64,000 nucleotides of DNA. Source: a virus (taxonomy: Duplodnaviria; Caudoviricetes). Positions within the stretch are counted from its first letter, which is position 1. Each line of letters opens with the position of its first letter. A model generated the notes under the pieces. The model did no database searches. It had not been told where the DNA came from and saw only the letters and a program-made list of their open reading frames with translations. Where the stretch lies: positions 8,140-72,139 of the IMG/VR virus record IMGVR_UViG_2706795703_000001, one strand, 5' to 3'. Of the stretch, positions 9,070 through 18,900 are shown piece after piece. The translations under genes and the position numbers were made by a program.

Positions 9070-9876
9070 ATGCCTGGCATCCAGCCCGTCAAGGGCCGCC
9101 GCCTTCGGGCTACTAAGATCAACGGCTGCGGTATGCCACTCGCTGGCCCCCGCAATCGCCTCGTCACCTCCGGCTACGTCAGCCTGACCTTGACCGCTGT
9201 CATGCGCGAGGCCCAGGACTTGACGCAGGACAACGCCGAGGGCAAGGAGTGCTACAGCGACCGCACCCCGCCGGAGCGCCGCTGGTACACCCCGCAGCTG
9301 GAGCTGTGCAACGTCAACACCGGTCTGCTGACCATGTTCACCGGCTGGGAGAACGTGCTCAGTGCCGATGACCTGCCGGTCGGCTACCGCGACCAGAAGG
9401 AAATCGAGACCGACCTGGGCATTGCCCTGGAGCTGTGGACGGCGGGCAAGTCGGACGAGGATTGCGACGACATCCCCACCACTGACGCCGCGTTCACCGC
9501 GCCCGGCACTGGCCGCAGCTTCGGCTACTTCCTGCTGGGTGGCACCGAGTGGACCCCCGGCGACATCACCATCGGGGCCACGGTGTCGACGTTCACCCTG
9601 ACCGGCCGCACCATCGCCATGCCGTACTGGGGCAAGGGCCCCTACAACGTGCAGGAGGACGACACCGGGGCGGCTGGTCGTCTGGTGACGCCGACCAGCA
9701 AGAAGGAGCACCTGACGGTGTTCCGCACCATGATTGCCCCGCCGGAGCCCACGCCGGGCACCGAGCCGGTGCCGCTGGCGACCAACAGCCTGTTCGTCGC
9801 GCCGGACTTCTACTACGGCGGGCCGACCAGCGAGCCGCCCGCCGACGTGGCACCCGAGCAGCCTGCGATCCCGTAG
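9070..9876 (+). CDS. Major tail protein (268 aa)
   Basis: SD AGGAGG, ATG 9070. MPGIQPVKGRRLRATKINGCG N-terminus is typical of actinophage tail tube proteins. Confidence 0.8.
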   Translation: MPGIQPVKGRRLRATKINGCGMPLAGPRNRLVTSGYVSLTLTAVMREAQDLTQDNAEGKECYSDRTPPERRWYTPQLELCNVNTGLLTMFTGWENVLSADDLPVGYRDQKEIETDLGIALELWTAGKSDEDCDDIPTTDAAFTAPGTGRSFGYFLLGGTEWTPGDITIGATVSTFTLTGRTIAMPYWGKGPYNVQEDDTGAAGRLVTPTSKKEHLTVFRTMIAPPEPTPGTEPVPLATNSLFVAPDFYYGGPTSEPPADVAPEQPAIP

Positions 9877-9899
9877 GCTGGTCTGCATCAGCGAAGCGA

Positions 9900-9930
9900 C
9901 AAGGCCCCCGGTCATTGACCGGGGGCCTTG
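9900..9930. terminator. Bidirectional intrinsic terminator
   Basis: Perfect inverted repeat CAAGGCCCCCGGTCA-T-TGACCGGGGGCCTTG between convergent genes. Confidence 0.8.
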
Positions 9931-9942
9931 CCGTTGTGTGGG

Positions 9943-10203
9943 TTAGGCGGCAGCTGCGGCCACCGCCTCGTTGACCAGGTCGTAGGTGCCATAGCCGTTG
10001 CTGTAGAGGCGGCGCACCTGGGACGGCAGCAGGGTCAGGCGGGCGGCGGCACCGAAGGCCACAGTGACGTCGTCGGTGGCGTGGACCTCGAGGATGGCGC
10101 GGGCCAGTCGGACCTCGTCGGTGCTGCTGCCCAGGTGGGCGGCGGCCTCGCGGATGCGACGGTCGAGGACGGCGGCGGCGAGGGTGCGGGTGGTGTGGGC
10201 CAT
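9943..10203 (-). CDS. Hypothetical protein (86 aa), antisense insertion in the virion operon
   Basis: SD AAGGAG, its own promoter cassette upstream and a terminator downstream. Confidence 0.75.
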   Translation of the reverse strand: MAHTTRTLAAAVLDRRIREAAAHLGSSTDEVRLARAILEVHATDDVTVAFGAAARLTLLPSQVRRLYSNGYGTYDLVNEAVAAAAA

Positions 10204-10224
10204 GGTGACTCCTTGTGCTGGGCG

Positions 10225-10283
10225 GCGGGTCGGTCCCGCTTGCTTGTGTCACCACACTAACCCGCCTAAGTCGGGTAAGTCAA
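10225..10283 (-). promoter_or_regulatory. Operator-promoter cassette 1 (TTGACT-N18-TAGTGT) with leader hairpin
   Basis: -35 at 10278-83, -10 at 10254-59, spacer palindrome CCCG-N7-CGGG, hairpin at 10225-39. Confidence 0.8.
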
Positions 10284-10331
10284 CACATTCGTAGAAGAAA
10301 CTTCCGCACGTCGTCGGGCTACCCTGACCAC

Positions 10332-11066
10332 GTGGCTTTCACATGGCCGGTAGACCGGTCCGACTTCCCGGCCCTGCCGGACGACACCGACCCGGGGTAT
10401 CCGGCGGCGGTGCTGGAGCAGACCGCAGCCGCCGACCTGGCCGTCCGCGTGCTGCACGCCCTGACCGGCCGCCAGTTCGGACTGCACGAGCACACCGTGC
10501 GCCCCTGCCGTGCCGACATGCCCATCTACGCCCCCGGCGGCGTCACCAGCTACGTACTCAGCTGGGAGGGCGACCGGTGGCTGTCGTGGTCCTGTGGGTG
10601 CCTGGGTGGCTGCAAACGCGGTGGGCCCCGCCAGGTCCACCTGCCCGGCCCCGTCTACGACATCATCGAAGTCAAGATCGCCGGGGTGGCCATCCCGCCG
10701 ACGACTTACCGCGCCGAGGGAAATGTGCTGTACCGGCTGGGGGCACCCTGGCCCGTGCAGGACTTCGGTAACCCTGCCGGTGAGGCCCGTACGTGGACGG
10801 TGACCTACCGCCGGGGCATTCCCGTGCCGTCGGGCTTCGCGGCGCTGACTGGCCTGCTGGCCAAGGAATTCCTGGCGGCGCTGAACGACGAAGGCCGGTG
10901 CCGACTGCCGCGCACCGTCACTACCGCCAGCCGCAACGGGGTCACCTACCGCGCCTATGACCCCGCCGTCATCTACGCCAACGGCAAAACGGGTCTCCCC
11001 GAAATCGACCTGGTGCTGGCGTCGGTCAACCCGCACGCGCTCATGGCCGCCCCGACGGTGCGCTGA
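10332..11066 (+). CDS. Head-to-tail adaptor (244 aa), probably leaderless
   Basis: GTG 10332 is 6 nt after TACCCT. Motifs VTYRRG...LAKEF and TGLPEIDL fit adaptor proteins. Confidence 0.7.
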   Translation: MAFTWPVDRSDFPALPDDTDPGYPAAVLEQTAAADLAVRVLHALTGRQFGLHEHTVRPCRADMPIYAPGGVTSYVLSWEGDRWLSWSCGCLGGCKRGGPRQVHLPGPVYDIIEVKIAGVAIPPTTYRAEGNVLYRLGAPWPVQDFGNPAGEARTWTVTYRRGIPVPSGFAALTGLLAKEFLAALNDEGRCRLPRTVTTASRNGVTYRAYDPAVIYANGKTGLPEIDLVLASVNPHALMAAPTVR

Positions 11067-11593
11067 TGACCAGCCCGTGCCGCACCGACCCGGCCATGGA
11101 AGTCATCGGCGGCGTCACCACCGCGCTGGCCGAGTTCTTCCGCGCTGACCAGGTGTGCCCGCCCATGGTCGGGGCCACCGCCAATATCCGTTTCTTCGCC
11201 GGTGACGGCGCACCGCTGGCGGCGTGGGACAGCCACGCCAGCCAGGGCTGCAATGAGCCGTTCGTCTGGGTGCGGGCCATGCGCCGCTACCAGAGCCAGA
11301 CCTTCCCGAACCCCACGGTGGCCACCAACTGCAAGCTGCTGCGCGTGCTGCCGGTGGAGGTCGGCGTGGCCTGGTGCGCGGTGGTCGACCAGGAGCCCAA
11401 GTGGTCGGACTACGCCCACGAGGCGGCGGTGTCGATGGATACCGCGTGGCGGCTGGAGACCGCGCTGTGCGCCGCCGCCACCACCCTGCGCAACGACGAC
11501 AGCGAGCGCCTGGTGGGAACCGACATCGTCAACCCGTACGGTCCAGAGGGCGGCGTCATTGCTTGGATCGCCACCCTGTACGCCAGCTACTAG
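11066..11593 (+). CDS. Head-tail connector / tail completion protein (175 aa)
   Basis: TGATG coupling; position between the adaptor and the chaperone. Confidence 0.55.
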   Translation: MTSPCRTDPAMEVIGGVTTALAEFFRADQVCPPMVGATANIRFFAGDGAPLAAWDSHASQGCNEPFVWVRAMRRYQSQTFPNPTVATNCKLLRVLPVEVGVAWCAVVDQEPKWSDYAHEAAVSMDTAWRLETALCAAATTLRNDDSERLVGTDIVNPYGPEGGVIAWIATLYASY

Positions 11594-11603
11594 GAGGAAC
11601 ACC

Positions 11604-11945
11604 ATGGCCAAGGTCACCATCGAAGGCAGCATCACCCCCAGCACTTTCCTGGCCCGGGGTGCGCGCGTGACGGTGCAGCGCACCGAACGGGTGGAGCGGC
11701 TGATCAAGGCCGGGTTCGTGGTCGAGGTGCCCGACGCGCGCACCGACACCGAGCGCGAGGCTGACGACCAGGCGCAGGCTGCCCGCGACGAGCTGGGGGT
11801 GCCCGCGCGCAACGCCAGCCGCGACGATTGGGCAGAGTTCCTGGCCAGCCACCCCACCGGCGGGTTCGTCACCGAGGGCAAGAACCGCGACCAGCTGATT
11901 GCCGAGTGGGACGCCTACGACGCCCCGGCCGACGCCGAGGAGTAG
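11604..11945 (+). CDS. Small virion-region protein with SAP/HeH-like C-terminus (113 aa)
   Basis: SD AGGAGG, ATG 11604; PARNASRDDWAEFL...KNRDQLIA. Confidence 0.7.
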   Translation: MAKVTIEGSITPSTFLARGARVTVQRTERVERLIKAGFVVEVPDARTDTEREADDQAQAARDELGVPARNASRDDWAEFLASHPTGGFVTEGKNRDQLIAEWDAYDAPADAEE

Positions 11946-11949
11946 ACCC

Positions 11950-12363
11950 ATGGCGGCCACCGTCCGCATCCACATCAACGAGCCCGAGCTGGAACGCCAG
12001 TCCGGTGCGATATTCCGTGGCAAGCACCGCAGCCTGACCCGCCGCATCGCCACCCAGGCGCGTGCCGACGTGCCCGTGCGCACCGGCAACCTGGGCCGGA
12101 CCATCGGGGAGCTACCGCAGCGCTACCGGCCTTTCCACGTCGACGGTGGGGTGGAAGCCACGGCCGACTACGCGGCGGCGGTGCATGAGGGCAGCCGTCC
12201 CCACCGCATCACCGCCCGCCACGCCAGCGCGCTGCGCTTCGTCTGGCACGGGCGCGTGGTCTTCCGCAAGTCGGTGTGGCACCCCGGGGTACGGTCGCGC
12301 CCGTTCCTGCGCAACGCCGCCCAGCGCATCGCGGCCACCGACCCCGACATTCGCATGACGTGA
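11950..12363 (+). CDS. HK97 gp10-like head-tail joining protein (137 aa)
   Basis: PVRTGNL...YAAAVHEG...HPG...PFLRNA motif pattern. Confidence 0.7.
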   Translation: MAATVRIHINEPELERQSGAIFRGKHRSLTRRIATQARADVPVRTGNLGRTIGELPQRYRPFHVDGGVEATADYAAAVHEGSRPHRITARHASALRFVWHGRVVFRKSVWHPGVRSRPFLRNAAQRIAATDPDIRMT

Positions 12364-12424
12364 CTACCCCGACAACGCTGGTATTCTCGCGGCCGGAATA
12401 CCCCATCGCCTCGGGAGGGCACCC

Positions 12425-12967
12425 ATGACCACGTTCGGACCAGAAGGCACCAAGATCACCCCGCAGGAGCCCGACGCCGCCCAGCTGGTGCCGCCTGCGG
12501 ACTACTGCGCGCCGGACGACGACAAAGACCCGGCCCCCGATGACGGCCTGGTCGAAGTGACCCGCGTGCTGTCGGAGGTCGACGCGGACAACGCCGACGT
12601 GACCGTGGTGGAGCCCGACGAGGCCCCCGGCAACGCGGTGGCGCTGATCGAGCGGTTCGACGTCACCGCCACCGACGAGGTCTGGAAGTTCGACTTCCTA
12701 GAGTTCCAGGGCGACAAGCTGGGCATCCGGCTGCCGCAGCGTCAGGCGCTGGCGGCGTTCTCCCTGGCGTCCAGCAAGTACGTGGCCATGGGCGTCAAGA
12801 ACGACCTGACGGGCCTGTTCATTGCCCGGCACCTGTCGCCGGAAAGCTACGGCCGGGTGTTCAGCCGCCTGATGGACCCCGACGATGCCGCCTACACCGT
12901 CGACACCGTGGGCGAGCTGTTCAACGCGATTGTTACCGCTGCCATTGACGCAGACGACGAGGATTAG
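12425..12967 (+). CDS. Tail assembly chaperone (180 aa)
   Basis: Immediately upstream of the tape measure gene; SD GGGAGG; similar to the 29144 ORF. Confidence 0.7.
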   Translation: MTTFGPEGTKITPQEPDAAQLVPPADYCAPDDDKDPAPDDGLVEVTRVLSEVDADNADVTVVEPDEAPGNAVALIERFDVTATDEVWKFDFLEFQGDKLGIRLPQRQALAAFSLASSKYVAMGVKNDLTGLFIARHLSPESYGRVFSRLMDPDDAAYTVDTVGELFNAIVTAAIDADDED

Positions 12968-12994
12968 CAACGCCCCCTGGGATAGCCTGACCGG

Positions 12995-15900
12995 GTGACC
13001 GATGTCGGCAAGATCAGCCTTGGCGTTGAAATACATGCCGATGACCTGACTGCCCAGCTCGGTGAGGCTGTCCGTCGGGCCGTGCTGCCCACGCTGGACA
13101 AGCTGAACCGCAAGCTAAACGAGGTCCAGCGAGAATATCGCAACACCGGCAACGCGGCTGAGCGCAGCGCCGACAAGCAGGTGCGCCAGCTGCGCCGCGT
13201 GGCAGCTGAGGCCAACGCCACCGCCGCCGCTGTACGGGCGGCCACCACTGCCGCCTACGGGGGCCCGCGCACCGGTGACCCCGTCCCGCGCATCGAACGC
13301 CAACGACGCTCTACCGACGGGCTGGCCACCAGCACCGCCCGGGTGGCCGCAGCCCAGGCCGACCTGAACACGTCCATCGACATCTTCGGCCGCCGCAGCC
13401 CCCAGGTCATCGCCGCCCAGCAACGCCTTGACCGGCTACAGGCCGCCCACACCGCCCAGCTGATACGGGCGGCGTCGGAGTCGCGCGCCAGCACCAACAC
13501 CCGGGTGCGCGACTACGAACGGTTGGCACGCGCGGCCGAGGAGTCCGCAGCCCGGCAGATGGCGGCCAACCGCGTCTCAGCTGGCGGCGGCGGTGCTGCC
13601 AATCGCGGCGGTGGCCGTCGCGGGGTGCTGGGATTCCTGACCGGCCCCACCGGGCTGAACAGCATTGCCCTGGGCGCGTCGGCGCTGCCCGCAGTGGCAA
13701 CGGGCGTTGTCAACATCGTGGGCGCGGTGCAGCAGCTGGGCCAGGCCGGTCTGGCACTGCCCGGCATCTTCGCTGGCGGCGCGGCGTCCATCGGTACCGC
13801 CGTCATCGGCTTCAAGGGCCTGGGCGACGCGGTCAAGGAATTGAACGAGGCGGCCAAGTCCGGCGACTACACCAAGGCCAACGAGCTGCTGAAGGACATG
13901 GCACCGGCGGCGGGCGAGGTGGCGCGCGAGGTGTCGCGGCTGACCCAGGGCCCGCTGAAAGACTTCCAGAAGGCCATTGCCCAGCCCATGCTGGCCGGTG
14001 TCGCCGGTGACCTGACGACGTTTACCGACAAGGTGCTGCCCCGCGCGCAGACCGGCATGGGCAAGGTGGCCACCGCGTGGAACGGCACGCTGAAGACGTT
14101 GCTGCGCGAGGGGTCCAGCGACAAAACGCTGTCGCTGATGGACCAGATTTTCGGCAACACCGCCGAGGGCCAGACCCGGGCCAACAACGCCATCAAGCCC
14201 CTGATCAGTGCGTTTGGCACCTTGGCCAAGGAGGGCAGCTATTTCCTGCCCCGGCTGGGCGACGGCATTACCAAGGTCACCGAGCGCTTCGACAAGTTCA
14301 TCCAGAAAAACACCGCCAACGGCAACATCTTCCGATGGATTGATGAGGGCCTGAACGGTATGCGGGCGTTCGGCAACGCCATCCTCAACGTCTTCAAGAC
14401 GATCACGGGGCTGACCAAGGCGGCGGGCGCACTGAACGGCAGCCTGTCCGGCGACGGCGGTTTCCTGGGCTGGCTGGAGCGGTCGACTAAGGCCATGTCT
14501 GACCTGACCAACAGCGCCGACGGCCAGGCCAAGCTGACCCGGTTCTTCCGCGACGGGCGCGAAGACCTCAACCGCTGGGGCGATCTGCTCAAGGACATTT
14601 GGCCTGCGCTTAAGCAGATCATTGAGGGTTTCCAGGCGTGGGGCGACATCATTTTCCCCGTCGTCAAGGCCCTGGGCAGCGTCGCCGGGGCACTGGGCGA
14701 AGTCCCGGGGCTACTCCAGTCCATCCTGGTGGGCTTCCTGGCCTGGCGCACCATCGGCGGCATCGTCGGCGGCATCACCGGCAAGATCAAGGGCATGAAC
14801 GCCGCCGCAGCTGCGGGCGGCGGGGCGGCCGGTGGCTTCGGTAAGGGCCAGGCGGCGCTGCTGGGCGGCAGCCTGCTGCTGTCGGGCACCACCATGCAGC
14901 GCAACGCGGGCACCAGCACCACCAGCGGCGTGCTGGGGGCCTTGCAGACCATCGGCGGCGGTGCAGTCCTGGGCGGCACCATCGGCAGCGTCATCCCCGG
15001 CGTCGGCACCGGCATAGGCGCGGTCGTCGGCGGCGTCGCAGGCGCGGCGCTGGCCGGGTATAACGCCCTGGTCAACCAGAACAAGGTGGCCACCGAGGCG
15101 GCGGCAGCTGCGGCTGAGAAGTGGGCGGCGACCAACGAGCGCAGCCACCAGGCCATGCTGGTCAACAGCCAGGCGATCAAGTCGATGAACGATGCGCTGG
15201 CTGAGTCCGGCGGCAAGCTGGACGCCAATTCGCAGGCGGCGGTCGGCCAGCAGATCGACGCCATACCCGAGCGCCTGGCCGGGGCGTATGACGAGGCGAC
15301 GCTGAAGGGCATTGCCACCGCCCTGGGCGACGTCAACATGACCACCGACCAGATGGCAGCGACCATCACCGGCAGCCAGGCGCAGTTTGACGCGCTGACC
15401 GCGCGGCTGAACAACATGGGCCCGGCCGGACAGATCGCCGCCGCCCAGCTGGCCACCATCCGCGATAACACCCTGGGCGCTGCCCAGAACGCCAGCCTGG
15501 CCGCGCCGCTGCTACAACAGCTGTCCGACAAGTTCGGCGGGCTGGCCGGAGCCCAGGTGGCGGTGCAAAACGCCTTCGCCGCCATCCCCGAAGACGTACC
15601 GGTGAACATCAACATGCCCAACGGGCAGGCGGTGTTCGACATCCTCAAGGAAATCGGTGCCCAGATACAGGTCAACAAAGACGGCCTGATCAACGTCACC
15701 GCCCCGTTGGCCCCGTCGACGCTGGAGCAGCTGAAGGCGCTGGGCGTGCAGATTCAGCAGAACAAAGACGGCACCATTGTGGTGCAGCTGGACCAGGCCC
15801 GTTACCAGGACACCATCGCCAAGCTGGGCACCGTCGGCCAGCTGTACGACGATCTGTTCCGCAAGTCCGGCGCGCTACCCCTGCCGCCGGTCCCCGGTCC

Positions 15901-18900
15901 CCAGCGCAACAACGCCGCCGACCCGTTCCAGCTACCCGGCGGTGCTGACGGCATGGTTGTGCCCGGCTACGCGCCCGGCCACGACATTGTCAACGCCGTG
16001 CTGGCCCCTGGCGAAGGCGTGCTCATCCCCGAGGCCGTGCGCGGGCTGGGTGGCCCGGCCGGGGTCTATGCCATCAACAGCCGCTACCGCAGCGGGCTGA
16101 GCAAGCGCTACTACGCCGACGGCGGCGTGCATGTCGGCAGCGGCGCGCTGCCCGGGCCGCCCGGCGGCGAGACCGAGCTGGGCGTGCTCATGCAGATTCG
16201 TGACCTGCTGGCGGGTAAGGGTGGCGTCGGCGCGGTGGCAGCGACCGCCAGCGCCACCGACACCATTGCCAAGGCCAGCACCGGCACCACCGGCCAGACC
16301 ATGGGCCCCTTCGGTACACCGATCAAGGCGCGCAATCGCGGCTACGAGGCAGCGGCGGCAGCCATCCAGGCGCTCGGTGGTGACCCAGAGAAGTGGATCG
16401 GGGCCGACCCCACCACCTACATCGCCCCGACCGCCAGCGGCGCGCTGGGCGGCACTACGGCGGCATTGCCGGGCACCGTCGACATCGCCGCGCTCCAGAA
16501 GTTCGCACTGACCGGCAACACCGCCGACCTGCCGCCGGGGCTGTCGATGAATGACCCCGTCGTCACCGCCATTGTCGGGGCAAGGAACAAGAAGAAGGGA
16601 CTGAGCGACCAGGCCATCAGTGACCTGGTCGGCCAGGGCCTGGCCCCCGGTGGCTTCACCGGCACGCTGGACTCCGACAACACCAGCCTGGTCAAGGCGC
16701 TGGAGCGGCTGCGCACCAAGGGCACCAAGGTGCCGGGCGGCACGGCAGCGGTGGCGGGGTCCACCGGCGTGCCCATGTACGGCATCCCTGCGGGTGTCAT
16801 GGACCCCATCAGCGCCTACGCGCAGCAGCACACCGGCGGGCAGTACAGCTGGGGCAGCAGTGACCTGGCGGCCGGGCTGAGCGACTGTAGCGGCGCGGTC
16901 AGTGACCTGGTCGAAATCATCACCCAGGGTCAGGCCACCAGCAAGCGCCTGTTCAGCACCGCCGACGCGGGCAGTGTGCTGTCCAGCCTGGGCGCGGTGT
17001 CCGGCGCGGTGCCGGGCGCGCTTCAGATCGGCTGGTCAGCCGAGCACATGCGCGCCACGCTGCCCAACGGCGTGGCTTTCGAGTCCGGCGGCGGGACCGG
17101 CCAGGGTGCCACCTACGGCGGCAACGCCAAGGGTGCGGCCGGTATGCCGAACATCATGTCGCTGCCGGTCAACGGTGTGCCCCTGGGCGCGGGCATGTCC
17201 GGCGCACTGCCGGGCGGCGCAGCTGGCGGCGGCACCCCGGTGTTCGTCACGAACTGGCCCGGCCAGGGTCAGGCCCCGCCCGGGGTCAACGCGCTGCTGG
17301 GTGGGCTGGCCAGCGGTGGCGGCCAGGCGGCGCAGAACGTCCTGGGCGACGTCATGGGCGCGGTGGCCGGGGTCGGCCAGGAGGGCTGGGCGACCAAGGG
17401 CGCGACGTACGCCCAGCTGTCGCAGCTGACCAAGGAGGGCAACCCACTGGCGCTGGCCAAGGCGTTCGGCCTCAATGTCGAGGACTTCACGCGCCAGGGC
17501 GGTGCGGGTACCGACGTCGAGAAGAATGACCAGGCTTATGACGCCAGCGGTCGGCTGTTCAGCGACACGTCGGCGCTGTTCGACCGCACCCTGACCAGCC
17601 TTAACGCCCAGCTGGACGCCATGCGCCAGCAGATGGTCGACGTCATCGAGCAGGTCAGCCAGAAGCTGAACGACAGCGCACTGGAGCCGGTGGTCAAGGC
17701 GGGCGTGCAGTCGGCACTGGAGGGGCTGAAGGACAGCGTCAGCAGCGCCATCGGCACCGCCATGGGCAACGCCGCCGCCCCGCCCATCGCGGAGGCGGTC
17801 AGCAGCGCGGTGTCCAGCCTGCCCATCGACAACAGCGGCGCGGGCAACGTCGGCGGCAACGCAGCAGGCGCGGTCACCGGCGTGCTCGGTATGGCCGCAG
17901 GCGGCGCGGTGTCCGGCGGCGTGGCAGGCAAAGACAGCGTTCCGGCCCTGCTGATGCCGGGCGAGTTTGTGCTGAACACCACCGACGTGGCCCGCATGGG
18001 TGGCACCGCCGGGGTGGAGGCTGCCCGGCGCAAGGGCTTTCGGCACTACGCCACCGGCGGCGGGGTCATCGGCAACGACACCGTCGGCGCGGAGTTCTTC
18101 GGGGTCAGTCAGGTGCCGATCATCGGTGCCATCGTCAACCTGCTGGTGCGGGTGCTGCTCCAGGTCATCGGTGTGCAGATCGAAGTACGCGACACCATGA
18201 ACGAAATGTCGTCGGACTTCCGGCAGTTCCGTGGTGACGCCTTCCAGGCATTCGACGCCCAGGGCCGTCTGCTCAACGACACGTCGGGACTGATCGAGCG
18301 CACCAGCAGCAGCGAGGAAACCGCAGCTGAGGAGCGTATTCGCATCCTCAAAATCGTCATCCAGGCGCTTATCAAGTACATCATCGAGAAGGTCATCGTC
18401 CCCATTACCAAGGCGGTGGCCAACGCGGCTATCCAGGCCGGGGCGTCGGCAGCGGGTGCAGCGGTCAACACCCAGGCCCCCGGCGCTGGCGGCATCGTGT
18501 CCAGCCTGATCAGCAGCGCGGGCCAGGCCGGTGTCGACATCGCCGCCGAGGTCGGTACCGACTTCGCCCTGGCCATCAGCGAGACCCTTATCGACATGGT
18601 GGGCGACCAGCTGCAATCGTCCTTCCCCGACCTGATGGCCGGGGTGTTCGGCGGCGGCGCGCTGGCGTCGATCTTCGATCCCGCCGGTGGTTTCCTGGGC
18701 ACGCTGATCGGCGGTCTGCTGTCGGGCATCACCGCGATCTTCGGTGGCCTGTTCGGCGGCGCGTCCACCGTCATCCCCGGCACCCCGTTTGACGAGGGCG
18801 GCCTGGCCGTCGGCAAGGGCTATTTGCCCAAGGCAGTGGACGACGCCGAACTGGTGCTCAGCCCGACCGAGACCGACCTGTTCGGGCGGTTCGTGTCGGC

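Noticed and set aside
5860-9880. +1 frameshift C-terminal extensions of capsid, pentamer or major tail proteins
   Set aside because: All three end CCG-stop rather than the shift-prone CCC-stop, and no downstream Ig-like frame is evident.
12900-12995. Frameshift in the chaperone directly upstream of the tape measure
   Set aside because: No slippery heptamer near its 3' end, and only 27 nt separate its stop from the tape measure start, leaving no room for a T frame.
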